Source of the DNA: Octopus bimaculoides
Lineage: Eukaryota
NCBI RefSeq assembly: GCF_001194135.2
Contig: NC_068991.1
Location: 66,187,690 to 66,251,689 of the forward strand
Direction of reading: 5' to 3'
DNA length: 64,000 nucleotides
In this document: positions 26,001-40,492 of the stretch, one piece after another
How positions within the stretch are numbered: position 1 is the first letter of the stretch
Layout: every line of letters begins with the position of its first letter
Notes under the pieces: generated by a model
Told to the model about the DNA's origin: nothing
The model's database searches: none
The model's input: the letters and a program-made list of their open reading frames with translations, nothing else
Made by a program: the position numbers and the translations under genes

Positions 26001-27749
26001 TTATTATATAGGGAAAGCATCTCACGGACATCCTAGAAAAATGTAAATGACATTCATATATTTCTGAAGGTCAGAAGTAGAATTAGATGAAGTGTCCGAG
26101 TAGTTCCTTTTTGTCTTCATTCTAGTTTCTTCTAATTCTGTAGAAAAAGACTAACTTTTTACCTATGTTTGTAGGTTGAATCTTGGTCAATTTTGAAATC
26201 TGTTCCTAATTTTGTTATTGTGGAAGCTTGACTGAAGCGGAGCCTGTAAAGTGAAGACGTAACTTTCATGTGTTGCATCTATTGCAAGGCATTCTGGTGT
26301 AGATCAGGCGTCATTGAGCAACACTCAAGGAAATATTTAAAATTTGTGTTGCAGTCATCTCAGCTCTCATCAATTAAGACTTAGTATAGAAGCTGTACAG
26401 CTGTTTACAGATGAGTTTTCTCTTCTAGTGACACAGGTGGAAATTATTGGAATATCGGTTTTGTCATTTTTTGTGAAAATCTCAGAATCTGATATATAAA
26501 AAACAATGTCTAAAACACTTCATTGATAAAGGTTTTTTTTTTTTTTTTTTTTTTACTACATCATCATCATCATCATCAAGTATTTATTACTCTTAATCTT
26601 ACTATGGGACATGATATAAAAATCACCTTATATCCCATAATTCCTGCAATGGCTGATGTGGAGAATGAATTTACCAACTTAATGGCCAATTTTTCACTTG
26701 TTGAAAATAAATTGTGACTATGATTATGTAAGGAATTGTGACTGTAATTGTATAAAGAATTCATCGCAGATGGTTTCATTTGAGACGGGTTTGCTTCAGA
26801 ATGTTTAGTTAAAAGTTCTGTTTGTGTCCATAATCACCATTTTGTTGAAAATAAATTGTGACTGATTATGTAATTTTCTCTATGCCACCAGCAGTGTAGA
26901 CTAAGTGGGCACAATAATACAATTAAAAGATGTAGTTGTTAGAAAAATTGTGGGCAGTAATTCAAGTGTAGAAAAATCAGATCCTTCACATTTCAACCTT
27001 AATAGAAGCAAAGTTTACATATTTTGTGTTTACAAAGTCAATTGAGTGTTGTAAAAAAAAAAAATGTATTATACACATTTTTTGCAGATTAAAGTTCTAC
27101 ATCGAGTGTCTTACTAGTTAGCATAAATATTGCTACGTTGGTGAAAAATAAGCATACTTTTTAACAGGAAACTGACTGGAAATAACATTCAATAGAGAAT
27201 AAGAAAAGATTTCATCAAGGCAGAATTCATAAGTATTTATGAAATCACTTAATCCCGTTTAATTATTTAAAAGGAGTAAATCTGCTCTCAGTACTTCTTG
27301 TGATGACCTTAACGTACATGCAGTCAAGTATTAATAGTTACTACAAGAAACGAAAGCAGCTTACTGTCTCTAATTGACAAACAGTTTCCCAAAGAAATGC
27401 TGCATGTTGCCATTGCTACATTAACAGCCTAAAAAAAGAATTTTGTAGAGAATTTAGAAGCCTGCCATCCCTAACAGAAGCAGTCTTCTAGAGTTGAAGA
27501 ACTGTTTAATATTTAATAAATTTTAATTTCATTGAATCCAGCCAATCTCTCACATAAAGTACTTGGGCTGAAGCATGGGTTGCCTTGATCATGTCTATAC
27601 AAGCACTTAAATGGGGCCTGTCTTATTTCTCAATTGTCCCTCATGCAAAAGTAAGAAAGGTAGATGTGAGTTTTTTGTCAAGGAATGCAACTTTCAAGTA
27701 AAATAAATATTTAAAAAAATTTCATTGTGAATTGGGGACATTTGAACAA

Positions 27750-29329
27750 CAGCAGTAATCCTGAATATGATGGCTGCAATAGTATCTTAATTATCTTCTC
27801 TCATGAAGGAAAATTGAAGAAAAACATGAGTACAATCAATTGTTGGTACCACTGAAACACTTTGTTGTTTGAGAGATGTCTGCCATCTGTAGTCTCAATA
27901 AGGTGAACATAGGTGCTGGCATCCAGTAGCAGTGTTCGATTGAGGTAATAGAAACTGTTCAGTTAGTTTCCATGTTGTTTCAGTGTTGTACAAATAACCT
28001 AACAGGAACAAGACACCAGCAATTAGGGCTGAGTTATGACCTTGACTTATGTCTGTGTGCATATTGTAATTGAAAGTGGTTGTTTGTTGAAAAAAATGTT
28101 GATTCAAACTACCTGAACAATGTCATTTATAATGGTAAAGGGAACATCAGCTCAAAAAGTTCAATACTCTAAAATTCTTGTATGATGGGTGTGGCTTCTG
28201 GTTCTCCTATATAATGATCTCTCATGCTAATGTAAGTACAAGTATCAGAAGAACAAGAGCTTTAAGTCCTGGAACTGAGCGTAACAAGTGTACCCAAGGG
28301 GCTTTGGCATGCTAATAATCTCATGCAGTTTTTGACCCAAAGGCGTACATCTTGATTAATTCCAGGTTGCTTATACCTTGCAGTCATTGATTTTTGAGTT
28401 TGTGTAGTATGTTAAAAACTTCAACAGTCAAGAGATGTACGTGGTAATCTATGTAATGTATCACACCTTTATCAATGAGACATAGCAACGGAAGTTCCTC
28501 ATTGGCCATTCATGTGAGATCAATACATGAGGTAGTGTGTAGAGCACCAGGTTGCGACAATGCATCGGACTCGGTATTGTTCTCACCCAAGATTTATCAA
28601 ATATCCAAAGTAAGTTGAGATAATCCAAGTCCCACAGTTCCCTAGAACTGTTGGTCTGGTTTTACATGCTGTGCAATATATGTTTGTCTTGTATGGATAG
28701 TAAATTTCCTGCCTTCCAAGTAGTGTTGAAGATGTTCTACAAACCAGTTGCATATCAAGAGCGTGTCATGTTCCCTGCACAGGCTTATACAACAAACCCC
28801 ACAAAGTACCTCTCCTCCAGCTATGCTACTACTACAAATAATTATGTAACTAGTTACTTTTAGCCAATCTCATTACATCCTATTTCAACAGGCTTTACCT
28901 ACTATAAAACAAGATACATGTGAGAGATCCTCAGAGAGCTGTCTCAACATTTGCAGCTTCTTTGAGATTGCTCTTGATGTGACTGAAAGCATTTTCACAC
29001 ACACATAGCCCTTGAAAAAGAATTTCATGAATACTTGGGATGCTTCTGAAATCAGTCTGTGAGTGGAGTTACTGTGGCTGATATTTATCATCATCATCAT
29101 TTTAACGTTCATTTTTCCATGCTCACATGGCTCAGATGGAGTTTGCAGAAGCAGGTTTTCTATTGCTGGACTCCCTTTCTTCCACTAGCGCTCAACCGTT
29201 TCTAAGCAAGGTAATATTGCCGATGGCCAGATGTGTCTTTCCTGAGACAGTGCTGTATGATCGTAATGCTTGTTTATAATTATCATGCTGTGTCAAGACA
29301 AAGAGTCATCAACTCGCGCACCTTTTTAT

Positions 29330-29367
<38 letters not shown>

Positions 29368-29900
29368 CTTTCAATTTGCATCTAGCATATCCACATATGA
29401 GACTTTGGTTGGCCTGGGGCTATAGTAGAAGTACCCACTTACTCAAGGTGTCATGCAGAGGGACTGAGCCCTGAACCATGTGGTTGGGAAGAAAGCTTCT
29501 TACTGCACAGCCATGTCTATCTGCTCATGAGAAAAAATTTAAAATTTACAACATCCACAGATCATAATTATCAAACTATGGTGGAATGAAAGGAGTTGCT
29601 TACTATGGTTACCTACTTAAATGGAGAAATGCCTTTATCTGTAGACTTTACACCAAACTGATGCTTCATTGCATTGCCAGTAATACCATACTTGGTTGTG
29701 TAGGTGATGCTATTCTGGTGATTTGCTACCAATTAACAAGCTATAAGGCAAGTCATTAGTCACTTGGTTTATAAATCATTAAAATATCTGTTATGATCTG
29801 CAATTGAAATAGCATGTGGTTAAAATGGTTGTGTCCAAAGAAAGCTATGCTTGTACCTTTATAGTGAATTATAATCTGTAAATGGAAGTGTTTCTCATCC
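27750..29900 (-). mobile_element. Heavily decayed Ty3/Gypsy LTR-retrotransposon pol (RT-RNase H-integrase), interrupted by SINE-type repeats; ends approximate
   Basis: Fragments on - strand in Gypsy order: KYGITGNAMKHQFGV..DKGISP (RT, about 29620-29700), CENAFSHIKSNL (about 28960-29000), VEHLQHYLEGRKFTIHT (RNase H, 28691-28740), GENNTESDALS, PGINQDVRLWVKNC..ACQ (integrase Zn-binding, about 28310-28370); many stops and frameshifts. Confidence 0.75.
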
Positions 29901-30139
29901 ATTTTTTTACTGATGGATCCCTTTGACTCCTATTTTATTCATGGACTCTCCTAGCTGTTTGTTTAAAAAAAAATCCTATTTTTATAATTAAATATTAGGA
30001 ATTGCGTAAAAAAAATGTTAAAATATTTTGTGTATTAAAGAATAATCGATTAATAAATTGATTTTATCAACAAAATGGACCCTGGTTAAAAACCACCGGT
30101 CAATGGTTTTGAGGTGAATTATATATTTTTTTATATTTT

Positions 30140-30517
30140 ACTTATTTCAGTTAGACTGGCCAGGCTGGGGCTCTGCCTTGAATAGAATTTTAGTCAAATG
30201 AATCGACCCTGGTGTTTATTTTCTTTTTTAAGCCTGATATTTATTCTGTTGGTCTCTTTTGCAGAATGGCTAAGTTACAGGGATGTAAACACACCAACAC
30301 TGGTTGCCAAGTGGTGGTGGTTGAGAATAAATTCAGACACAAAGACACACATATATGATGGGCTTCTTTTCTTTCTGTTACCAAATCCACACGAAAGTCT
30401 TTGGTTGGCCTAAGGCTATAGTAGAAGACACTTGTCCAAGGTGCCACGCAGTGGGACTGAACCCAGAACCATGTGGTTGGAAAGCAAACTTCTTAGCACA
30501 CATTCACACCTATGCCT
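30140..30517 (-). mobile_element. tRNA-headed SINE, family B
   Basis: Reverse-complement similarity to the 4295 copy along its length. Confidence 0.78.
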
Positions 30518-33500
30518 GTATAGTTAAAATGATTATATTTAGAATCTTGTACCACAATTACATTCATTCAAGACCAAAAATAAAGTTAATTTTGCATCTA
30601 ATATAATAAATGTAGAAACTAATTTCTGTGTGTCAATGTGTCACACTTTGACCCCCTCTCACAGTATTCATTGACCCTTCTACTATTGCTCATACTGGGT
30701 TGAGAGTAGTAGGCATAGAGACAGTGAGGGCGGTGGTGAAGATAGACAGTGAGAGAGAGAAATTTATGGAGAGTTGCTGATGTTTTTATTAAAAGTAGTT
30801 GTGTTGATGGTGGCAGTGGGAGTAGAGAAAGAAGGACTAAAACAGCGTATTGAATTAACATATGGAGTGATAGTAATAGTATGAGCTGTAGTTCTGACAG
30901 AGGGGGCGGCCAGAGAGTAAGTGATGTGAAAGACGGGGAAGGTGGCGAAGTTAAAGGTATTGATGGTGGTGGCCTCAGAAGTCTTGTGTGTATGGCAGAT
31001 GTAGTGGTAATGGTGGTGGTATTGTTTATCATGCAGCTTTGCAATAAGTTCCAAGTTTATAAATTATATCGTTTTGATGAAAATTGTTCATTGCTTGAAA
31101 AATATAGTTCAGGTTTAATAAAATTTAATATGTACTCAATGCATGAAGTGTCATTGTTGGGCCCAAGGCCTAATGAAGAACCCTCCACTGGAGCTAGTTT
31201 AAGAGCCACTTGATAGGGTGGCTTTTAGGCTAGTCTCTTAATATGTCTGGATATTAAGGGACAGTTGGAACCAAAAACGTCCCTGAAACCTGAAATACCA
31301 TTGCTGGAGCACCCAAATGGCGCACCAGATTAGTATATTGACAAGGTAGCTATGAGGGGGTCACACAACTGTAGAGCTAGCATGTCTGTCACATTGTTAG
31401 TGCATATATCATAACATCATGTGTTTAGCCTGAATCATGCAGATAGTGATGCATTTTTAGTGCATCTATCATAGGTGATAACAACAATGCTGTATTACAT
31501 GTGCAGCTAACACAAGTCATGTTGACATTAGTGCAGGCTTAGTACATCCAGTAGCAGCCAATGCACCACTGCTTTATTCTGTTGGATAAATCACTGGTGC
31601 CTTGTCTCATGTGGCTTCATGATCCATGCTCTGACAATGTAGTTAGTTGTCTGCATGGCCAACATGAAATGCCTTACCAATTCAGCAATGTCAATATAAC
31701 CCATGTAATGATGCAGCTATCAGCATCATTAGTGAGATATTTCCAGTAATCAAGATTTGTCTTGATATTTAAAAAAAATTTTGCTTGTTATGAGGAGACC
31801 ACATTGGGAAACATTATTCAAGATGTGATGAAGAAGCAAAGACAACAATAGGATGATAATGTCTGGACCAGAAAAGTTCTAAGGATCCAAGAGTATGTCT
31901 TGCAGCAGACCATTTTGACTTTATTGTTAATGTGTACACTCCAGCTTTGGTTGTTTACAGTTGCATCTAAGTCTCTTCTGATTGACAAGAATCAGACCGA
32001 TCAAATACAGCTTTTCTAAAGTTGAGCTCAAATTTGTCCTTGTTTAGCAAAAAAAGTATTCCTTCCCCTGTCCATTGAATCACAGCAGTGCGTAACTGGT
32101 ACTTAATTTATCGACCCTGAAAGGATGAAAGGCAAATTCGACCTCGGCGGAATTTGAATTTAGAACGTAACGGCCAACGAAATACCGCTAAGCATTTTGC
32201 CCAGTGTGCTAACGTTTCTGCCAGCTCACCGCTTGCTCAAAGGTTCTGAGTTCAAGAACCATTAAAAATGACATTTAAATAACACCAGGAAGACACCTAG
32301 GAGTCACTATCTAGGTAGGCCCAGCTTCCTGAGTGTGTCAGGAACAAATGGGACAAAACACTTGTTTGGCGAGAGTTCTTTCTTTCAAAATTTCTCTTGC
32401 TCACCTGTAGCAAGTTTCCACTTACTATTGTAAGATATTAAACTAGAAATGTGTTAAGGTTAGTTATTCAGCTTGTAAGAATTTTGGTTGTTACAATGCT
32501 TTAAATCTGAATGAAAAGATAGGCTAATAGCTGTTCCATAATGATAATGCAACTCTAGAATTTATCAGAATTGCCCACTAGATGGTAGCTGTTTGGCAAA
32601 AGTTGATAATATATAGCAATGAAGTAGAAACAGAGATGAACTTAAGATATATATTGGAGCAACTGAACTAACAACAGAAAAAATGATTTTATAAGCATAA
32701 GCATTCTTTTCTCAGCCCTGATAAATAATGTGTAACTGTTTTGTTAAAAATCATATGGTTCTTGCAAGAGATAAATACCCACAAATTCAGAACTATTTCT
32801 ATAAATTGAAATGAAGTCACTAAAACAATGAATAGTTAATAACTTTATTCATGTAATAATCAAAACAATAATTGTAAATAATTTTATTGCATAAAAAAAA
32901 AAATCAAACAATTGTAATAATTAAATGACACGCAATAAAATGTATTGTAGTATTGTATATGTGTGTATTTATACATACATATATATATATATACACACAC
33001 ATATATACATATACAATACAAAAAATTACATAGGGTTTATAAAAACAAAGAAAGCACGTAAAATAATATACCTTAATTAGCAAGAAGCCTTAGACAGATT
33101 GAGTTGAGTGTCTTGCTTAAGGAAACAATGCAGTAATGTCTGCAGTAGGATTTGAACTTGCAACACACAGTAATCTTGAGTTCACAACCTTCAACAACCT
33201 GGCTACTGCATCTCATGATTGTGAAATAATTGAGCATTTATAAAAGTTTCAACAAAAAGTTGTAGGCAGGTGAGTTAGTGCTGTATTAAAATTACTATTA
33301 TGGTGAGTCTATAGTGCTTGGTGTTGTACATGTGAGTGTGTTTTATATGCATTTGTTTCAATGGCTGTTTCAGAATTTGAAATTATTAAAAGTGTTGAAA
33401 TAAGTGCATCTACTAGTTGTAATGATGTCTTCATTTTGTTTGTTGCTTTCGTTACATCTCAGCCTTCTACAAGTGTCTGCACTGCACTTAACCAATGCCT

Positions 33501-34854
33501 TTATCCACTATGCTATTCCCGTAGGCAGTGTCAGAGTGAATTTTTAAGGCTTTCTAATCTCCATTGATGTCTGATGTTGGCTCCGTACAAAAGTGCATCT
33601 ATAGTTGAATGTTCTCCCTTGTGGCTGATCAGGTAGTTATAAATGAAGCCTGTGTAGGTAATATGCTTCCACGGGCTAAACTGATGACTTTACTATCAGT
33701 GATCCAATAATATCATTTGAAGGAAACTTAAGTCCCTCATTGATAATTCTTTCTATGAGATTCTTTAAAATTCAATAATAAAAAAAAATTGTTTCTAAAA
33801 TAAGAAATAAAATTTCTTTGAAATTCAGACATTTTTTTCTTCTCTGCTTGGATTCTATACTGAATGCTACAAAGTTTTAGTGTCATACTTTAGGTTGACT
33901 ATACAGATCTGAGATTCAATATTCTGCTTTTTTTTCTTGATACCCTTTTTCCTTTTCACTATGTTTAAACAATTGGAAATGCAAATGAAACAGAAAGTGT
34001 AAGAAAGCTTGACATTTGTCAGATGTCAGCTTATTTTCATGAGTGTATAGTTTATTTTGTGTTTTATCTTGAGAGAAACTCTTCAGTTTCAAGTGTAGGG
34101 TATATAAAGATTATTCCAATATAATAGATGCATGATATATGTCCTTAATACTATTACTTTGTATATGCATATATATATATATATATATTATGAATGTGTG
34201 TGTTTAATTTATTGACTTCTGTATAACTTGTGTATAACAGATTATGTTATATTAACTATTATCCATATGTCAATGATAATGTGAAGTTTTTAAAGTTTTA
34301 ATATTAATGTTCCAAGAAAATTAACCAGAGAACAAAAAGGAATCAATAATAATAATAATGTGTTATAAAGATAGAATTATAATTTAGAAACAGTTATTAA
34401 CTGTAACTAAAATTAATGAAACTATTGCTATTAACTGTGATAAAACAAGTTGATATTGTATTTGAATATGTGATAAAATAAGCAGTTTAAAGATATCAAC
34501 AGCTTTTTTTAGTTAAATGGAAAAGAAAAAAAACAAACAACTGAGCTATAGAAAATATCTCTAAAAAAAAAGTGGGCAGGGAAACAATTTTTCTGGGGTT
34601 TTTTATGTGTGTATGGCGACATATATTTTACAGCAGTCTTTGCCATTAAAAATTAAAAGAAAAATATATTTTTATAGAAGTGTGCAATCAAAAAAATATT
34701 TGGAAATATTTCATATCAAAACACCTTTCCTGTGTTTCATTTAAATGCTAAAGTAAAATAATAAAATGGGGAGGTATACGAGGAAACGAGTTAAAAACTG
34801 ATCTAAGAAAAAGAGAGAAACAAACATACAATAAAATTATATGTATCCCATACG

Positions 34855-34892
<38 letters not shown>

Positions 34893-37422
34893 TAAAATTA
34901 AATAACAATATAAATCCAAGAGGGACAGTTTGAAAACAAATGATAAAGAGAAAAATATATTGTTAATACTTGTTTGTTGGGACAAGTTAATAATATGCAT
35001 AACCTTTTTAAATAATGTTATTGGATTAAAATAACCAGTAGCAACAGATTGAATAATAATTAATAATAGTCTGAGGGATAAGATTAGTATAACAATGATT
35101 AAAACACATAAATCGCTTTATACTGAAAAGTGAAAACGGCTACAGACAAGCAGTTTAGACAAGCCTTATGTATACTACTGAATCTTTGTAGTTTTAATAA
35201 TATTAATAATAATGATACAAGTAATAATAGTAATAACAATAATAATAATAATTATTATAATATTGATGATAGTTTCATGCAGAAGTTAAGAAGTAAACAG
35301 CATATAAAATTCTTTTATGATAAGGCACTTGGAGAAGTAAGTTTTGGAAAAGCCTTGATAAGTCTTCCTAAATGGCAGGATACTAGAGAATGGATTTTTA
35401 TACAAAGAAACCATAATTTAGAGTAACATTCTTGAGAAATTTGGATGGAATACTCTTGGGTTGAGTAAAACAGACGCAATCATATTTGTTTTAATAGAAA
35501 CAGTTAATTATAGAAATTTAGGTTGTCTAACTTAAATTAACAGTAATGGTAAAAATGATATCAATATTAAGCAGGAAGTCAGCTTTTATATGTGTGTATA
35601 TATATATGTATATATATATATATAATCCATGATGAATCATAAAAGAAAATCATCATTTAATACCTCCATAGAAACTGCTCGAGAACTTTAGTTAAATTAA
35701 GTAGTTTTCACTTTATACCTCACATTTGTTTTAAGGTTTAACATCTTTTAAACCTCATTTTGTTCACAAGAAATAGAGGAAATGGAAGTAGATTATAAAA
35801 GAATTATTTATCTCTAGAATAAAGAAATAGAGTAGGATTTTGGTTATTCCTTTATTTTCTTACTGGTTTCAGTCATTGGACTGCGGCCATGCTGGAGCAC
35901 CGCCTTCTACGGAACAGTCGATTAACTCGACACACATACTTATTTTATTGACCTCGAAAGTATGAAAGGCAAAGTAGACCTGGGCGGGATTTGAACACAG
36001 AATGTAAAGGTATATAACTAAATCTTTATTTTATTTTTTTTTTTGTCTTTGAACTGTAGACAACAAAGGGCAGTTGAATTCTTGCGCTCTGCTTGTACAG
36101 TCTTTTGAGAACAAAAGAGTATTTTAAGTTGCTTTATCTCATTGCTATTTACATTAGTAAATATCTTTAAGATCGTTTGATAGCGGAAAAAAAAAAAGTC
36201 TTAATTTGAATTATGACAAGACTGTGGAGTAAGATTATCATTGCATCAAAGATTGAAGGTAAAGTAGTTAAATATAAGAAGCACAATATAATAGATATAA
36301 GGTTAGGCTAGGTGATATAATATGGAAAAATATCTAATAAAAGTAGATTATAGTGAAGGATATTGCTGAAGAGATATCCAGAGATATATTCTCTGACGGA
36401 TATTTTTTTTACTAAAGGTATGTGCAATCATGCAATTACAATAAAGAAATAGTTTTAAAATATAAATTTCGGAGAACAACTACAAATATATGAAAAATTT
36501 AACGGAGAAAATAATTACTGTGTAAATTTTAAATATTTTAGTAGGTTTTTTTTCTTTTTAAAAGGCATAATTTGACTAAACTAAATTCTAACTATATTAT
36601 TATTGAGAAGGAAAGAGAAAGTGCTTCAGAAGTCTGTGGCACTGAAAGGCCTCTTGCAAAAGTGTCTTTGCTGGAACACTTTGCGGGCAACGGCCAGCTA
36701 GCTTTTTTGCATAGTTTCTGCAGTGATCATTTTTAACATTGTTGATAATAATAATTTTAATAATAATAATAATAATGACGATAATGATAATCAAAATAAT
36801 CCAGGATATTAAGAAGAATAATTCTATATAAAAAAAAAAAAAAAAGGGAAAAGATTCAATAGAATAATTATTTTTTTGATGATTTTTCCATGAGTGAAAA
36901 ATAGTTGGACATAACTGCTGAGATAAAAAAAAAAAACAAAAAAAAACTACCATCACCAAACAGGTAAATTATCATAAATAAAGAGCCATGTTTCATTACA
37001 TTCATAGCAACATAACAGTATTAGACAAAGATCTTTTTAACATTAAAAACAATTGTAATTGTTTACCACACAATCAAATAACATAATTATGGATTATTAT
37101 TTTTTTGTTCGATTTTTTTTTTTTTTTTTTTTTTAAATCATGGACAAACACATTGATGAGAAATCAAAATCACAGGAAATGCAATAATTAATCCCAAGTT
37201 TCAGAAGTAGCGAACGAAGCAAACCTCTGGAACATTATCAAATGCAGAGATTCTTGTGTTATTACAGTATGAAAAGGAGATATTAAGAATAGAAAAATAT
37301 GACGCTATGGTTTATTGAGAAGCCAGCAATATGTTATGTACAGAAGTTTGCTGGTCTTCAATACCTCTTTGTGATTTATCAAAAAACTTACTACAAAACA
37401 GACATGACAAAAAAGACACAGT

Positions 37423-37458
<36 letters not shown>

Positions 37459-37508
37459 AGCAACAGTAATAGACGTTGGTTGGTGATGGATACTTCATTG
37501 CAGTTCCT

Positions 37509-37535
37509 TTAGGAATACATGGTCATCTGGACGAA
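37509..37535 (-). CDS. Calpain last coding exon: FVQMTMYS*
   Basis: tttttttttctttcAG|TTC...TCC TAA; typical calpain C-terminus; AATAAA on - strand at 37311-37316. Confidence 0.9.
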   Translation of the reverse strand, partial: FVQMTMYS

Positions 37536-38767
37536 CTGAAAGAAAAAAAAGATATGGTTTACTGTAGCAGTTTTGTTGTGTTTAGTGTTTATAATAAGCT
37601 TAAAAAATGCAAATTGCTTGTACAGTGAGCATTTATATTTCAGCTTTCTTTAAACAGACAATATTTTAATTATTAAAAAGTAGGTAAATATTTCGTAATG
37701 GACCTGTTGGTACCTCAGTGTGAAATAGTTTTTTTCCACAGGTCTTTTCAAGTGCATTCAATGTATCTGATTTGCAAACCCACCGCAAGCTACTTTTTTC
37801 AGAAAAGGAAGGGGTGATGGGAACCTTGGAGTTTCCTGGGCAAACTCTGAGTTTCACACCAATGGAATTTTGTTTTGCAGGATTTATTTTCTTTTCCAGG
37901 TTATTTCACATGCTTTCAATGAATGTGACATCAAAATCATGCGTACATGGCTCCTTTCCTCAGAAAAGGAAAGATTTGGCTGTTCTATCTAGCATGCTCT
38001 GCTACCACGTAACAACTATTTATGATAAAGGACCTGAAATAGCTGGTACATGGGAGCAGGGTATGCTAGAAATAGCAGCCAAATCTTACCTTTTCTGGGG
38101 AAAGAAGCTGTTTATGTGTGATTTGTTGAAATCAGGCAAAATAACTTGGAAAAGAAAGAAAAAAAAAACTTATGAAACAAAACTCTGAGGTCCCCACCAC
38201 CCCTCCACACTTTCTTTTGTGGCTTGCGGCAGGTTTTGAGGGGAGATATGTTGAATGCACTTGAAAAAACCTGTGGAAAAAATTATTTCATACTGAAGTA
38301 TGAATGGGTCCTTTACAAAATATTTACCCAAGATCAGGAAGGGTCGATGAGACTGATAAAGTAAGGGCTGAGCATCTAGCAGAACAGAGAGAAAGAGACA
38401 GAAGCAGGAGAGATCAGAAATTGGACACTCGGAGAGCTGAGCATCTGGTGAAACAGGGAAAGAGAGAAAAGCAGGAGACCTCATAAATCTGATGCTCATG
38501 TGAATACAAATGGAATAAAACAAGTTCTGCATGAATTGGATCATGGGTTACAGAGATATGCAGTTTTCTCGGGTACCTTTATAAATAGCCAAACAGGTGT
38601 GGAATGGGAAAAATGCTTTGAAAGTAAGGTACCATTGAAATGTGAATATAAATGGAATAGCACAAGTTTCATGTAACTCAGACCACAGATTACCGAGATA
38701 CGTGGTTTTTTCAGGTACCTTGAACTATTGGTGACCCAACGGGTCACGGGTAGTGTAGTCTAGCCTA

Positions 38768-38802
<35 letters not shown>

Positions 38803-40433
38803 ACCTGTTTAATTTGTGTTCGTGGGAAGAACCATTTTAACGATGCGTACTGCCTTAATTCTTCGAAACGCCAGGATTTTAATGGTGGCAGCTGATGAAG
38901 GGGATGTTTCTATGTGGCCTGCTTGTTTGTTGCACCTTGTTTACCATTTTGTCCATGTTCTTTTGCCATGTCATGTACCCAGTTATGTATCTATATGTAC
39001 ATGTGGATGAAGGTATATACATACATGTACATATATATGCATATACTCATATATTGTTTATATATATATAGGTCCTCAGTCAAATCGTCCAACCCATGCT
39101 AGCATGGAAAGCGGACGTTAAACGATGATGATGATGATGATATATATATATAGCTATATTCACGATCTGGTAGTGTGTACCAACAAACAACCCTTTTACT
39201 CTTTGAGTAGGATATGAAGGATGTGACAACTGGAGGGCGAGAGGGTTGCACCAGCTCTTGGCTGGTACTCATTTTCAGCTCAGAAGACTGGAACAATGTG
39301 ATATGAAGTGCCTTGCTCAAGGATACAATGTGCTGCCCAGCTCAGTCCCATTGTGTGTACAACATTTCCTTACATTGTGGACTATCCTTTATGAAAGCAG
39401 AGGATGTCAAAGAAGATCTGGCTTTAAACAACAACAACAGTAGCAGTAGGTACTTACTTATCCAATCATTAAATTCTTGAAATAGGAATAAAGAACAATG
39501 GAATAGATAATGTAAGGTTCTTTTTTTAGTGTGACACTTATAAGCTTAAAAGCTAAGCTAGAAATAGCAGAGACTCTTTCTCAAATCACATTCTACTGTT
39601 TCAAAAAGAGAAGGAGACATGTATGCAAGCTAATGCAGTTCTATATGTACATTAGATCTTAAAAAAAACACAGGTTGATCAAGGCCTGAATATCTTTCAT
39701 CACTAGTGTTATGTCTCAAGCTACTGCTATCTAGCACCTTCGGATGATCTCTACTCAACTGCTACTCAACACTCCTACCATGGCCAGACTACCTCTATTT
39801 ATATGTCTTGGAAGATCCTACTTCTTCGCCTGGGGTGTTGACACAACAATTAGTCTGTTCAAATTGGGATTAACCTGGGTTATACAATAACAACAACAAC
39901 CATCAATTTGCAGGTTTATGCTATTCTTTTCCTTCCCTGCTTGCCATTCATTGTATCATCTGTATTCCCTCCCTCTAGCAATCTGTTGCTCACCTAATAC
40001 TCTTGTGAACTTGCCTGAGCCTCTACCCCTATCCCCTTCACCTATTCCTCTATCCCCATCCTCTTCATATTCACCCTCTTGTAACTTGTGAGTATGTCCT
40101 CACAACTTATCACCATAAAATTTCCTCCATCTGGGGTAGCCATATATCTGCTCTACAGCAAGATACCTATTCCCATCTCTGTCATACTCCTGTCGTTCAA
40201 CACCTAGCCAATTCTCTCAACATCCTCTTCCATCAAGGGATCTTAAAGCACCTAGTACACTCTGAAAAGTGGTTGGCATTAGGAAGGGCATCTAGCCATA
40301 GAAACCAAGCCAAATCATGCATGGAGCTCAACGCAGTCCTCTGTCTTGGATTTTGTCAAACCATTCAACCCATGCCAGTATGAAATACAAATGTTAAATG
40401 ATGATGACCAGTAAAGGAAGGAAAAAAACTTAC

Positions 40434-40492
40434 GTTATTAGCAGAGAGAGCGATGACTCCAGTTTTTCCTGTATCATAGGTAGCAAATGAAG
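40434..40492 (-). CDS. Calpain domain IV exon: (T)SFATYDTGKTGVIALSANN
   Basis: ttttcAG|CT...AAC|GTAAGT; 59 nt, phase 1-0. Confidence 0.92.

Noticed and set aside
30619-31213. Overlapping 96-141 aa ORFs on both strands
   Set aside because: Arise from a degenerate ACC/ACT-rich low-complexity repeat.
38500-38544. - strand FMQNLFYS resembling a calpain C-terminus
   Set aside because: No acceptor AG and no stop; the better terminal exon is at 37509-37535.
38860-38905. GAAAC and CTGATGA motifs in a Penelope-like fragment, suggesting a hammerhead ribozyme
   Set aside because: I could not form stems I and III or a cleavage triplet around the core.
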